This document shows, piece by piece, positions 16,601 to 28,720 of a stretch of DNA of 64,000 nt. Every line of letters begins with the position of its first letter. Position 1 is the stretch's first letter. Source of the DNA: Trichoplax adhaerens (taxonomy: Eukaryota > Animalia > Placozoa); assembly GCF_000150275.1 (NCBI RefSeq), contig NW_002060946.1:1326202-1390201 (forward strand). The letters run 5' to 3'. The notes below the pieces were generated by a model. That model did no database searches, had not been told where the DNA came from, and worked only from the letters and a program-made list of their open reading frames with translations. The position numbers were made by a program, and so were the translations under genes.

Positions 16601-18957
16601 GTTAACCTTTTGTAAAGCTGCCAATGTTGGATCATGACGTTATTATTATCCATGATTTCGTCCAATGTAATGAGGATGGTAAGTAAATCGCCCAAATGTT
16701 CATATACCGGCTACATAACAAAAGGAAGAGACAGATTACAAAATTTATATCACATCAGTTAATATATCAATTGACTAACTGAACTTTTCTAGACAACCGG
16801 TATTACGATACCTCAAAGTGTACTCCATGGACATTCATAACAGCATTCATACTTCTAAATTGCAAAAATACCGAGTTCAGGAATTAATTCCAGTTTGATA
16901 TAGCTTTGAATAACAATTTAAACAAGTTTTACTTTTTGCCTTGATGGAGCATAGCTAACTGCTGGACAACATTCTTAAGGACATCGCCGCACCTTCCAAC
17001 AAAATTTGTCAAATGCTAGTTGCGAAAAAGAGAAGGTTTAATCATTAATTTTTATTATGCAACGACAGTAGTACAATTATCCTTTAAAATGACTCATTAG
17101 TTTTACTAGATTACAAAAAAAAAATTGTACGTTTACTAAATAGTATGTTGGAGATATACCTGCAAAACTGATAGCATTTTACCCATTTTCATATACGCTT
17201 CATGGATCTGTTGTTGCTCTTCATCCTCTGCAATAATCGGAATATCAATCATCAAAATGAAGAAGTTACTAAATAGTTTAAGGTAGCTTTACATAAATTA
17301 CTGTAAATATTATTCGTACAATCAGAATATATGTACTATTTTACCTCCTTCCCCATATAGGACCAGTGCCGGATAAAGTTCATTCTTAGCCTATTCTCGG
17401 AAAAGAGACACTTATGAGATGAAAGAATATCGTCAAATAGGCAAATATTTCTTAAACTACCTCGTATTCCAGACGTTTTATTTCGCAACAAACAGCAGCC
17501 AAGACAGTCATAACTTTGTTAAGTATCTATTATAGTCAAGGAGTAGCCTTAGTCAACATACTGTAAGTACAGTGGATCAACGCACTTGGAATTCTCGATA
17601 TATTAACAATGCCTTTTGAGATTTTATTTCATAACTATTTTGTTCATACCTTATTATCAGTCTTGATCAACTGCGTTAATGATGCTTGTTCATAAGGTAA
17701 AATCTATCATGTATATTTAAAAAAACAGTTGGAGACGATTCATCAAGCACGTTTTGGTCGAGCGTCAAAACACGAACAGCTATGTAACATAAAAGTACTG
17801 TAATGTAGTGTTATTGATAATATTGTATCTTTTATTGTGATGCTTTAGTCTACTGAAATAGCGGCATCTTTTAAATTAAAGTGTCTTTATCGAGCTGCTA
17901 TAATATAATCACCAGGAGTATCTACGGTTGTCTAAGCGATCGTAAACGCTAGGAAATTTTTACATCGATATAGAAGTTAAGCTCCATAAACAGTGTGTAA
18001 ACCATCTTACGAGGTTGCAGTATAAGATGCTTTTACAGTTACATGACGTAATGCCTAGGTATTAACTAGTTAATACAGTAGTAACAATGCGTGATTCATT
18101 ACACAGTAATAATGATAACCTGCAAATATCAAAATTAACAGTATTGCATTGAATTGAAGGCATCGGAGTAATCGTCTACCTGCCAGCTAACGACTGTGCA
18201 CTAGTTATGAAACGGCAAATTTGCCATTTAAGTTACACATAGTATCGTACTGTAAAGGCACATTTTTGTGCTTTGCATTCTGAACCAAAATCACTACTAG
18301 TGTCACTAGAAGACTGACTACCGAATTGGTTCCTATGTAATAGTATGATAGAAGACTATAGCAGCGGAGAATTTCAACGAAATACATAGTAAAGAATATA
18401 GTTACATGTAATGAAGCAGGATCCATGGTAAAATCCCAAGCATCGCTAAGCGAGTGACTTAGTGCTTCTTGTATCGCTTTGAGATGATCCGTGTATTCGC
18501 CAAGGAATTCATTATACTTTCGACTTATTATACTTTCAAAATTGACTAATAAAAACAAGGTACAATTGGATTGAAAGTTTCTTTAACATAAATGAATACA
18601 GTTTCACATAAGAAATAGTTGTCTGTACCATTTTGTCTATCACAACTTAGTACAAATGATTATAAAGTAAGACAGTTATTGCTAACAACTGCACTGTCAA
18701 GAGTAATGAAATAGCAAATGATGTTGCAGGTCTCTGCTTGCTATCATTGTACTACTGCACTGCAATTCAACAAAATAATATTTCCATCCAGATATTACCT
18801 ATTATAACATGCACTAGAAACTGATAACACCGATAGCTTAAAAATTTCGGCTTTCTCCACTATTACATCAAAAATGGATTTTACATACGATCTACTTACG
18901 TAACGATCCATCATTAAAGGCATCAAATTGCCAGTCTTGGCTGTCGGAGACTGCCAT
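10622..18957 (-). CDS. WASHC4: WASH complex subunit 4 (SWIP/KIAA1033), multi-exon, complete
   Basis: Exon 1 (18900-18957) encodes [19 protein letters not shown]. Exon 2 encodes [34 protein letters not shown]. Internal exons encode [78 protein letters not shown] and [19 protein letters not shown]. The last exon (10622-10780) is [20 protein letters not shown]...TALE*. All match WASHC4 as I recall it. Not every internal splice site was resolved. Confidence 0.95.
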
Positions 18958-19014
18958 TTTTCTTTCACGTGATCTGCTAAGCTAATCGAGCCCACCGTTG
19001 CTTCTGACTATGGT

Positions 19015-19310
19015 TGTACCCTTGTACATGCACAGTACGTACAGTACAGTACAGTCCACTTGTACAGTGTACAGTACAGTACAGTACTGTACAGTACTTC
19101 CCTCTGTTACCGTAAAGCATAGTACTGTACAGAGTACAGTACGTACTGTCGAGCTCAAGAAAAAAGCACTGCGCAAACTCATGGTACTGTAGTATAATGT
19201 TCCACAGTACTGCAGTGAGTGTAGTCCATTTAGGGCCATGACGTCATCAACTTGATGGTACTGCAAACATTAGTTCACTTAAGTACTGTGGCAGCGACTT
19301 GTACAGTAAG
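19015..19310. repeat. (CAGTA/TACTG)n low-complexity tract in the WASHC4 promoter region, with a CRE palindrome
   Basis: Many GTACAGTAC/GTACTGTAC units from 19032 to ~19310, starting ~60 nt upstream of the WASHC4 ATG. ATGACGTCAT at 19238-19247. Confidence 0.75.
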
Positions 19311-19965
19311 AAGAAAACTGAGAGAATTTCTCTTGCTTAAATGGCACTGAATTCGGGACTCCAGAAGTTACAGTAAACTAATTTTGAATCTCCCATTTGA
19401 TGGACTCTTTTTACGCCCCCCTCCCTCCCCGTACGAAGATTAGCAGTTGGCCATTGAACCTCAATTATTTTTAAGTCGTTAAAGGCCAGCTGACCCTAAA
19501 ACAAGATGAAAAATGACTTCAAAATCGAATACTAGACTATAGTTTACAGATGATGAAGCCAGTCAACATGCATCAACCGTGCACCTGTTGTGCGCAGTGT
19601 AGTGGTGGTAAAATTCGCAATCTTGTTGCATGTCGTTCTTTTTCAAGACGTTAAAATGGGATATTACAGCTTGCAATCATGGTAGAGCATAACTATCAAG
19701 CATTAATAGTTACTGTACTGTAGTAAAATTGTACTCAATGACTTGTTATGGATTGAGTGTTTGAAGACAGTCAGCCGAATGAGATTTCAGCATCAAGAGA
19801 CAACCATGAAGGTTGATCTTAATTATATTTGGGCAAATTTTTATTAAATCACGAAACAGGTCGCCGTAAGATACACATAATACTGGAATGCATGCTAAGT
19901 TTCGAAAGTTAAATAATCACTTCCTTCCGCTAGAAAATACTAGTGATGATATTTAAGTAGTGGAT

Positions 19966-20258
19966 TGTCACACACCACTAGTGACAAAGTAGTCTACACA
20001 CACCAATCCTTGCGGAGAACGCCACTTACTAACTTAAAGAGGCGAGATTAGCTATATCACCAAATAATTCAGTTCCAACGACCGAATACTATGGTATAAT
20101 TATAGCGTCACAGATGATGTAGATGAGATAGTCTGAGATTTACTATCATTTATTACTGAAGGAATCTTGGCACCCAAGATTATAGTCTTTACAATTAAAT
20201 ATCAATTGAAAAACTAGTTGACTATCCAACCGACTAACTAACTAAAAAGGAATTAACA
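19966..20258 (-). mobile_element. Solo LTR-like element, family A copy 1 (293 bp)
   Basis: TG...CA termini and a perfect 5-bp TSD TGGAT (19961-19965 and 20259-20263). An inverted near-identical copy lies at 58867-59158. Internal AATAAA on the minus strand. Confidence 0.85.
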
Positions 20259-20396
20259 TGGATATAATTATATATTTTAATAGACAATTATCTTATTGTT
20301 GTTTGAGGAAGAGGATATTACTACTGTATGACAACAACTCCGTAGAAGAAAACCTGCTATGTAGTCGAAAATTGATCAGAAGAACACAGTCGTAGG

Positions 20397-21245
20397 CTAG
20401 TTTAAATGTGGACCACCGACCCACCAGTTTGTTGTTGTACTATTTGCTATGCAAGAAAATCGTCAATTGATGGCATCATAATTATCAAAGACGTTTTCAC
20501 TCCCTGATATAGCGGGATACCTTAAATTACCTACAGTGCGCGTTAGCTGTTGGAAGTTTGATAGTCAGATGATAATAATCCTGATAACTGAAAAATGGAA
20601 TGCTGCATTTACTACACATATAATCCGCGGATATTAATGTAATCAACTACAGCATAAGTCCAAGGGGATCTGGGATGGAGAAAGTAATTGTAGGCATAAA
20701 ATGATACCCTTAAGTAATCACGATGATTATGTATTCCTTTTACGTCGTCGCTATTAAAATTACACGTAGCATGAAAATGTGTTGATGGACAAGCATTGAT
20801 CAACGTCGTCATTTTGGATCTGCTAAATCGATAATTTATCCAATTGGGCGCGCATTCATTAATCGGTGCATCATAATGAAAGCTCGTTTGAAAAGCATTT
20901 TTACGTGAATATCTTAACCACGACGATTTAATGTGAGTCTATGGAAATCTATGATCTGAATAAAATCACAAAATGCCAAATAGGGATTACTGGTAGAATC
21001 GTGTAGAGTAAAATATCTGTTTTGCGAAGTATGGTATGTTGTTCTGATAGCAGCGCAAGTCGTCGGCTTAAGTTGAATTGCCTAGTTTCAAAAATTTGCG
21101 TAGCTACAGTAGGATTTTAAACCGATTCGGAGCTATAAACGCACCATTCTCAACATAGACAGCCTATAACTTACCGCTAATCTTGCAATGGTAACATGCC
21201 TAATAATACCAGACAAGTACACAAAATGAGTTGAATCTTTTTCAT
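20397..21245 (-). pseudogene. Array copy 1: fibrinogen/intelectin-like secreted protein pseudogene
   Basis: Signal exon starts at ATG 21245 and is frameshifted. Exon 2 (acceptor 21082-21083) reads KPTTCAAIRTTY...PYLAFCDF, then a frameshift and Trp->TAG at 20939-20941. It retains THFHATCNF, DYLRVSF and NWWVGG. Confidence 0.85.
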
Positions 21246-23122
21246 TGCTGGACTACACTACTTTAAAGCCAAAGAATCACATGATTAACACGAAGCGGAA
21301 AGTTTAGTTATGTTAAAGCTCTCATGAGAAATTTTATTGCTCGTATTTATACAGTACTGTGCACATTGCACAGCGTACTGGTAACAAACGGCCTAACAAA
21401 ATTTTTCAATGAGCGCAATTAGCAGAGATAACTGCAAAAATTCGTTTCATCAGTGCCCAGTATTCCAGGCGCAAAGACATCGACAACGATAAGCCCTCAG
21501 CAGGTAATGAATGCGCATACTGTAGTAACTCTGCCAAGCCAGGTACCTCCTGTTCTTCTACAAATTTTCATGGCGTTCAGAGTTGAATACAAATATAGAG
21601 ATTTATCATCTCTTTCTTATTCTAAAAAAATTTATTAATTGCGAATTTAAACGTTACCCTCATTAGCTCTTAGAAACCAGGAGCAGGAATAACTGTTCAG
21701 TACATGAGGTAACGCGGCATTTCGAAGAATAGTGCACTGATAAGTCTTGAAAGCCAATAAACAGAAGTTAACAACATATGATAATCTTGATTATTAATTA
21801 CTAAGCTTAGTACCGTATCTTTTTATATGTTTGTAGTGTCACTGTGGAGTATTCGAGGAATGCAATAAACATGCTAAATTCGTCAATCAACGTTAAAAGT
21901 AAGTAAATTTCTAAATTTGCATAATCAAAAATGAAGCAATAGCAAATATTAATGATTAAATATAAATATTGTCATTCGGTGTATCGTTAATAAAATTAAA
22001 ACTTGATTTCTGAAATGGGGTTTATTTTTGTTTCTGGTTTAAAAAATCCATCCAAATAACTTGAAATGATTTTATATCAATACTGCATGTTTATATACTC
22101 TTACATGCATGTTCATCGATCAAGCATGTAAATACGAAAGTGCTGACTTAGGTCTCGGTTTAGATAGCTAAACTCATTTATCGTGAATACTAATCAGATA
22201 AGAAAATCGTCATCTCCTAACTGAAGATTATTTCTTACAGACTGATCAACAAGCAATCATCGAATGTTATGTAATGACCAGATTTAGTGTAATGCCTAAT
22301 TATCTCATCCACATTGTCCATTTCGTAATATTTACGAAAAGAAGATCGTAAAATGCTTCACATTAAGCGATAATCGAGATAGAATGTACAGAATATTCGG
22401 TAATTTTATTACCTCATCAAAAATGACAACGAGTAATATTCTAACAGTAAGGCTTTAGTTACGTTTGCAAAGGTGAAAATAAAGAACTTTAGAACTAATT
22501 TTGCTATAAACGTTCTTTAGTAATACACCTATACATAATACATAAGCCTCTATACATACGATCAAGTACTTGCACTGTTGTTGAAATAGAATTAATATAA
22601 TTTAAAATATGCTTAAAATAATTGCATTGACGAAGCCATTAGTTAGTTAGTTAGTTGATTATGATGCAGAAGGCACCAAATAATATTATAAACTAACTAG
22701 CTACATCGCCCGTCCTACGAGCGAATCATTGGCCCCCTTTAATATTTTAGCTTAATTCTATTAATCAATGCTTACATAAGTATTATTGCCAGGTATATTT
22801 AAATTGATAAAGTTGACAGAGTAAAATAAGATCACGCATTCTCATCTGGAAGCATTTGGCCTTCTAAAACTGACAACTGAAAGAAATAATACATGCGTTT
22901 GCCTTAAGGTAATGAAGTAAATAAACCGATTTCTTCTATGAGAGTGCGTTAAACTTATGCAACTATATTTATAAATAAAAAAGTCATAGTATGTATAAAT
23001 GATTTTAACTATAGATAATTTAATACTGGTATTATTGCATTTATGGCCACAATATCTATATCGTACTGGTTAATCAATAAAGTTGGTGATAGTAATCGTG
23101 AAAACTAAACAAGCAGTTCAAA

Positions 23123-23915
23123 TCAGTCATTGTAAGTACCACCTATCCACCAGTTTGTTGTCGATGTGCTAGTTGCAGTACATGGAAATTGCGAGTTGAC
23201 TCCATCATAAAAACAAAAAGCTCGTTCATTGGTTACTTGATTAGGAACATTAAAACGTCCTTAATTTGCTTTCTCTGTGGCAAGGTATGTATTTAAATGA
23301 TAGCTTCTGCTGCTATAGAATGGAATACTATATTTACTGCAGGAATAGCCACAAAAATTGATATAATCGATGGTATCGCAAGTCCATATACTTCTCAGGT
23401 CGAGGATGTAGTTGTAGGCGCAAAATGATATTTTTAGGTAATCGCGACGATTTGCCAATCCTTTTTCGGCTTCGCTATCAAAGTTACATGTAGCACGAAA
23501 ATGAGTTGATAGTAAAGAGTTTTTGAAAGCCGTCATTTTAACTTTGGAAAGTCTGTAATTCGGCCAGTTGGGTGTACATTCGTTAGAGGGAACATTGTAG
23601 TAAAAACTCCTACGAAACCTAGAACTTCGTGCATTAGTTTTCGATAACGATTCAATAAGAGTCCATGCAAATCCAGGATCTGATTGAAAATCACAAAATG
23701 CAAGATATTGCTTATTTGTAGAATCATATAGCGTAAAGTATCCATTCTGTAAGACGTGATAAAAGCTCCTGATATCTGTACATGTGTCAGTTTCGATTTA
23801 ATTACCTAAATTACGTAAATTATAAAGTAAAAGCCTTGTTATTATAATCTTATACGCTAAACTTTCGATAATATGGCCAGAGAAGGGATTAAATTGAAAC
23901 TAAAAGTTTCAATAC
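23123..23915 (-). pseudogene. Array copy 2: pseudogene
   Basis: Exon 2 (23123-23805) is homologous throughout (FCDFQSDPGFAWTLIES...TTNWWIGG). It has a frameshift near KPTTC and a premature TAA at 23261-23263 at the conserved Cys9 position. Exon 1 is degenerate, so the upper boundary is approximate. Confidence 0.8.
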
Positions 23916-25932
23916 AATTAGATATCACAGCTTTAATCAAACTATCCCAAATAATAAATTAAAGTTATAAACGATTAATGCATAAACGAAATATCGCAAT
24001 TCAGCATTCATCATAACTTCTCATAGCTTTTCTGTCTTCTCCATTTTGCTACTAATAAATTATTGAACTATATGGTACCAGCTTTTACAAATTTTGATCT
24101 GCAGAGTAGTTGATGGAATTGCAACTCTAGAATTGTGATTTTTCCCTACTCTAAAGCAATCATAATGAAACTACTAATCTAATCATGTAAGACAAATTTT
24201 ACGTCATGATTCCTTCCAAGTTAAGTATTAAATCTCGCGATAGGTTATTTTCTATTGATATATATTTAAAGCATCCTGTATTGTAATAACTCATATATTT
24301 CCTAACAGTCAACTTATATCGTACAATATTTTATACTCAATAAAAATTAAGGATTTTTACTGCTAACAATGATTAATAATAATCTCGATGGAGTTGTCAA
24401 ATTTATATTATATTCATATTCCAGATAATATCTACTGTAATAAGTAAAGGTAGTTAGCCACAATTACAGGCATTTGTGTTATAACACTTGTTACTGCATT
24501 CACGTACTTCGTAAAGCTAAAATTATTCTGACAAGGTATTTTTGTGAAGCTGGGTTGTGATGTTTATTAGAGTATTGCAAAACTTAATCAACTTCATACA
24601 AACACAGTCACATTATTTCATTGCATGATTTGAGGATTTGTTAAATCATTGGTCTTTACTTTACTACATAAATTAACCATTTTACACCTAGAAACCTATC
24701 CACTGTTATTACTTACACTACAAACATGATATATTTCAGAGCTACATCACAAAGTTACACAAGGTTAACGAAAATAATAAAAATGGGCTTATATTGTTGA
24801 ACTCTATGCGGTTGTTACTTCACGAAATAATCGATACTTACTTAGACTTCATGGTTTCTATCATATAAAACGATTTCCCATGTTTTGTGGTATAATGTGT
24901 GAAATCACTCATACAACTAGCATGTAATTCTTGCTTTATATTTCAATTGTGTGTACATTCTTGGAAGATATTTCCTAATTTATGCTTAAGTACAATAAAT
25001 ATTTATGTTAAAAAAACCTATCGATGTTGAAATTCTCCTAAAGATATCGGTAATTTAATGTATAATAAGAAAGAGTTTCATGCAACTAAAATAAATATTT
25101 AGAGCAGCGTCCATAATTTGGTTATCAGCGAATTTACACATGAACTTGGTAAATACTTCATGCAATTTTTTAACCTACAGCATCTTGTGTGCACGGGCGC
25201 AGCGTGATTTAGGAAAAGAAACTATACTGGTTGATCAGTGTTTTTATTTATTGTGTTGAGTCAGAGTATTAACCGCAACAATATTTTTCATATTTGCCAA
25301 AACATAACATGCAAATCATGTATACAATAATGCAAGCTAACTTTCGTCATGTATAATCTGCAATAATAATATTGATGAATTTATTAATCTTTGTTATTGA
25401 CTTAGACAGTATAGAATTTATGAAAATAATCATAAAATTGCGGCATAGTACTACTCATATATCAGCAATTTATAAATTTTCCAAGAGATTAATATCGAAA
25501 TTAGTAAATATGCTAAAATTTTGTTAGTTTGAAGATTACCATGCAATATTGAAGTTAATTTTATAAGTTACATTAATCAATGTAAAATTCTATAAATTTA
25601 CTGTGACGTGAAAGCTCGTATATTCATAATGATAAAATACGGCTATTAAATTATAATCAAGCTAACATAGAGAATTAGCTAAGAAAAAATGAGAAATAGA
25701 GGTGATGTATATTAATATGCTAGATTGTAAGGAGTTTTATGGGATATGTAAATGATCATCAATGATACGAAATTTGTTTCGACATTAATGAGAATACAAT
25801 CAAATAGCTAATAAAAGAATTGACGTGTAAGGCCATTTATTAATGGATACTTATTGTTTAAAATCTAATTTGTATGAGTACACTTAGATAGAGTCAATAA
25901 GACTTGCCATTAACGGAAGACATAATCGTAAA

Positions 25933-26928
25933 TTAGTCATAAATGGCCCCACCTATCCACCAATTTGTCGTTGATGTGCTATTTGTTACACAAGAAAACT
26001 TTTCGCTGAAACTATAATAATTACCAAATATTCGCTCGTCAGCTACCGCATCAGGAACGTTAAACTTTCCACATTTCGTTTTAGAGTATGCAATATTTGA
26101 TTGTAGATGATTATTACTATCGCTATAGAACGGTATGCTACATTTACTGCATGAATATCCGCGAATATTGATATAATCTACTATAGCACAAGTCCAACCT
26201 CTGTTAGTGAGAAAGTAATTATACGCACAAAATGAAACCCTCAAATAATCACGATGACTTGTTAATCCAGTCTTGCTTTGGCTATCAAAGTTACATGTGG
26301 CACGAAAATGAGTAGATGATGTGGCCCCATGTAACGTTGCCAATTTAGCTTTAGAAAGTCTATAGTTTGACCAATTAGGAGTACATTCGTTAGATGGAAT
26401 ATTATATTGGAAGCTCTTTCGAAAGTTAGATGTTTGTGCATTGCCTCTCGATATCGATTCTATAAGAGTCCATGAAAATCCAGGATCTGATCGAAAATCG
26501 CAAAATGCAAGATATGGCTTATTTGTGGAGTCATAGATTGTGTAGTATCCGTTTTGATGGACCTGATATTTACTTCTGACATCAGCGCATGTCGCTGGTT
26601 TCGGTTTCATCACCTAGTAAACGACATGATAAAGTAGGATAGGATATATGAGTATAGTTATAGTGATAATTTCTATAATGCGGTGCAGTATAGCATGGGC
26701 AAAGTTAAAGTTACAGCCAATTGTCTGTCTTCCAGACACTAATTGGTTAACTGTTTAAATTCAAAAATAACTACTAAAAGTAAATGTAGACAACTTTAAC
26801 AATTGGTCAGCAGTTACCTGTTAGTCTGTACTATCTGATATCATAAAAATTAGTAAGCTTACCGCTAATCTTGCAAGAGGTAGCAACGATATTAGGATCA
26901 AGCAAACATATAAAGTGTTGTAGGCCAT
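25933..26928 (-). CDS. Array copy 3 (intact): secreted 10-Cys fibrinogen/intelectin-like protein, 248 aa
   Basis: Exon 1 (26863-26928) MAYNTLYVCLILISLLPLARLA, a signal peptide. Phase-0 GT-AG intron. Exon 2 (25933-26613) is open: C..NGYYTIYD..PYLAFCDF....GFSWTLIES resembles the start of a fibrinogen C-terminal domain. Confidence 0.9.
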
Positions 26929-26994
26929 ATTACTAAATGCTTTAGGAATAGCTTGGGTACTTGAAAAGTAAAAGAGGTTATAAGAGCATTATCC

Positions 26995-27138
26995 TTTATA
27001 TGTTCGTATAGAGGCAGCAATATCATTAAAGAACGTGATAAATATGTCGGGTGTGTCAATCACATTTAAATGTAAATAAATTTTTAATCTAAAATTTCTT
27101 TTAGTAGAGTATAGGCAATACAGTTAATAAGTGACTCA
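26995..27138 (-). promoter_or_regulatory. Copy 3 promoter: TATA box and AP-1-type TGACTCA
   Basis: TTTATAT at 26995-27001 (TATAAA on -) and TGACTCA at 27132-27138. Same arrangement upstream of copies 4, 8 and 9. Confidence 0.55.
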
Positions 27139-28507
27139 TCTGTAATGAAATGAAATGTATAGAAACCAAGCTACTAAACTTCTAACAAACTATGATTCTA
27201 CTTTCTTTGCACTCTGGTCGACTTAACAAAACTTTGACATCAAATAAAATTGGGCAAACAACCGATCAACAATTTATTAAGAAAACGTGAGAGAGTCTAA
27301 TCAAACAACCTTCCAAATACTTAATTCTAAGTATTATAAGTAACGAAATAAAAAAGCGATAGAACTAAAACTGTCAACCACCAAACAACCTAACAAAAAA
27401 GAAGACCGTTTTAACTTACAACAGTTCGATCCCGAAGGTCTTTAAAATTCAACAAGTTCTTCAAAAGAATCTTCTTTACTCTCTACTCTAAATTTTCTGA
27501 TTGCACTGTCATTTATAGGCTTCGCAGAGCCCTCAGTGGTGCTTAAAACTAAATATTCATTAACCAATCACTCTTAAGGCCCATTTTAGAAAACTACTTT
27601 GCACCACTTAAGAAAACAAAAATCATTCAAAGTTCAGATACAAATTACCTTATGATTCCCTTACAAAACACTACAAAGCCATCAAACTAACTATGAAATA
27701 CCTCAAGCGTTACTTCTAACTTAATTTCCACTCATTATACGTAGCAAAAGTCTAAAAATTAACCTTTAAACATCAAGATTTAGTCATAAAAATAACAGTC
27801 TAACTACTTAACAATCAACACAACCTCTGCTTTTTGCCATCTTATTTTCTATTTTATCAACTAAATTTTCCTAATGTGACCTTTCATGTCTCGTCATAAA
27901 ATCCAAAGTTTCAAATTCATAACAAAAAGTTCAAATTTCAAAAATCAACTCTTACAACCTTTTCCAGAAAAATTAAAATTATATCGGACATAAATCCGAC
28001 CGGTTCCGGAATCCGAAAAATCTGGATTTTATAAAGATCACAGTAATCGCTTATCAAAAAATTTTATATGACTAATATGACTACTTTTCTGACATTAGTA
28101 TTGACAGTTTATGTTTTAGCGTGAAGTTGTACGGTAATTGTACGATTATAGTCTACATTACAGTACTTTACTGTCATGTTATAAATCTCCTTTCTCTGTG
28201 GATAAGGTTTTGTTACTAAGTCAAATTTATCTATAATATCAGTATACTATCAAACGCCCTTTCTTTAAATTAGGTGATTGCTCTTAGATTATTCCTACAG
28301 TAATCTATATAATACTTTGTAAATTAATGAAGAAGAAAAGATGGCGACATAAACATTTGGTAGGGTAAAATTAAAAGATACTATCACTTTCTAGGTATTT
28401 TCTACATTACATTAAAATAGTTACGTACTAAAAGCTATAAAGGACTCTGCGTTTAGTCCTTTATTACACATCTTTCATATGCTTCTAAAGTAACAGTAAT
28501 ATTATTG

Positions 28508-28720
28508 AAGAATGTCATTAATTTGTCAGTTCTGTCGATCACATTTAAATGCAAATAAACATTAATTTTAAATTTCTTTTAGCACAGAGTAAAGTTACAG
28601 TGATATGTTCAAGAATGTGATAAACATGTCCATTCTGCCAATTATAGGCAAATAAACATTAATCTAAAATTTCTCTTAGCAAAGAGTATTGGCAATATCG
28701 TTAACGAATGACTCATCTCA
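28508..28720. repeat. Two tandem degenerate duplicates of the copy 3 promoter module
   Basis: AAGAA(T/C)GT...AAATAAA...AATTTC..TTAG..AGAGTA at ~28508-28590 and ~28611-28720 mirror 27029-27140. The second includes TGACTCA at 28709-28715. Confidence 0.65.

Noticed and set aside
18795-18995. 66-aa ORF overlapping WASHC4 exon 1
   Set aside because: Wrong frame; the homologous frame is [12 protein letters not shown] and it splices at 18900.
18982-19266. ORFs 18982-19266(-) and 18998-19192(+)
   Set aside because: Translations of the CAGTA/TACTG repeat tract (TVQYCTV-type low complexity). The real WASHC4 start is at 18957 in another frame.
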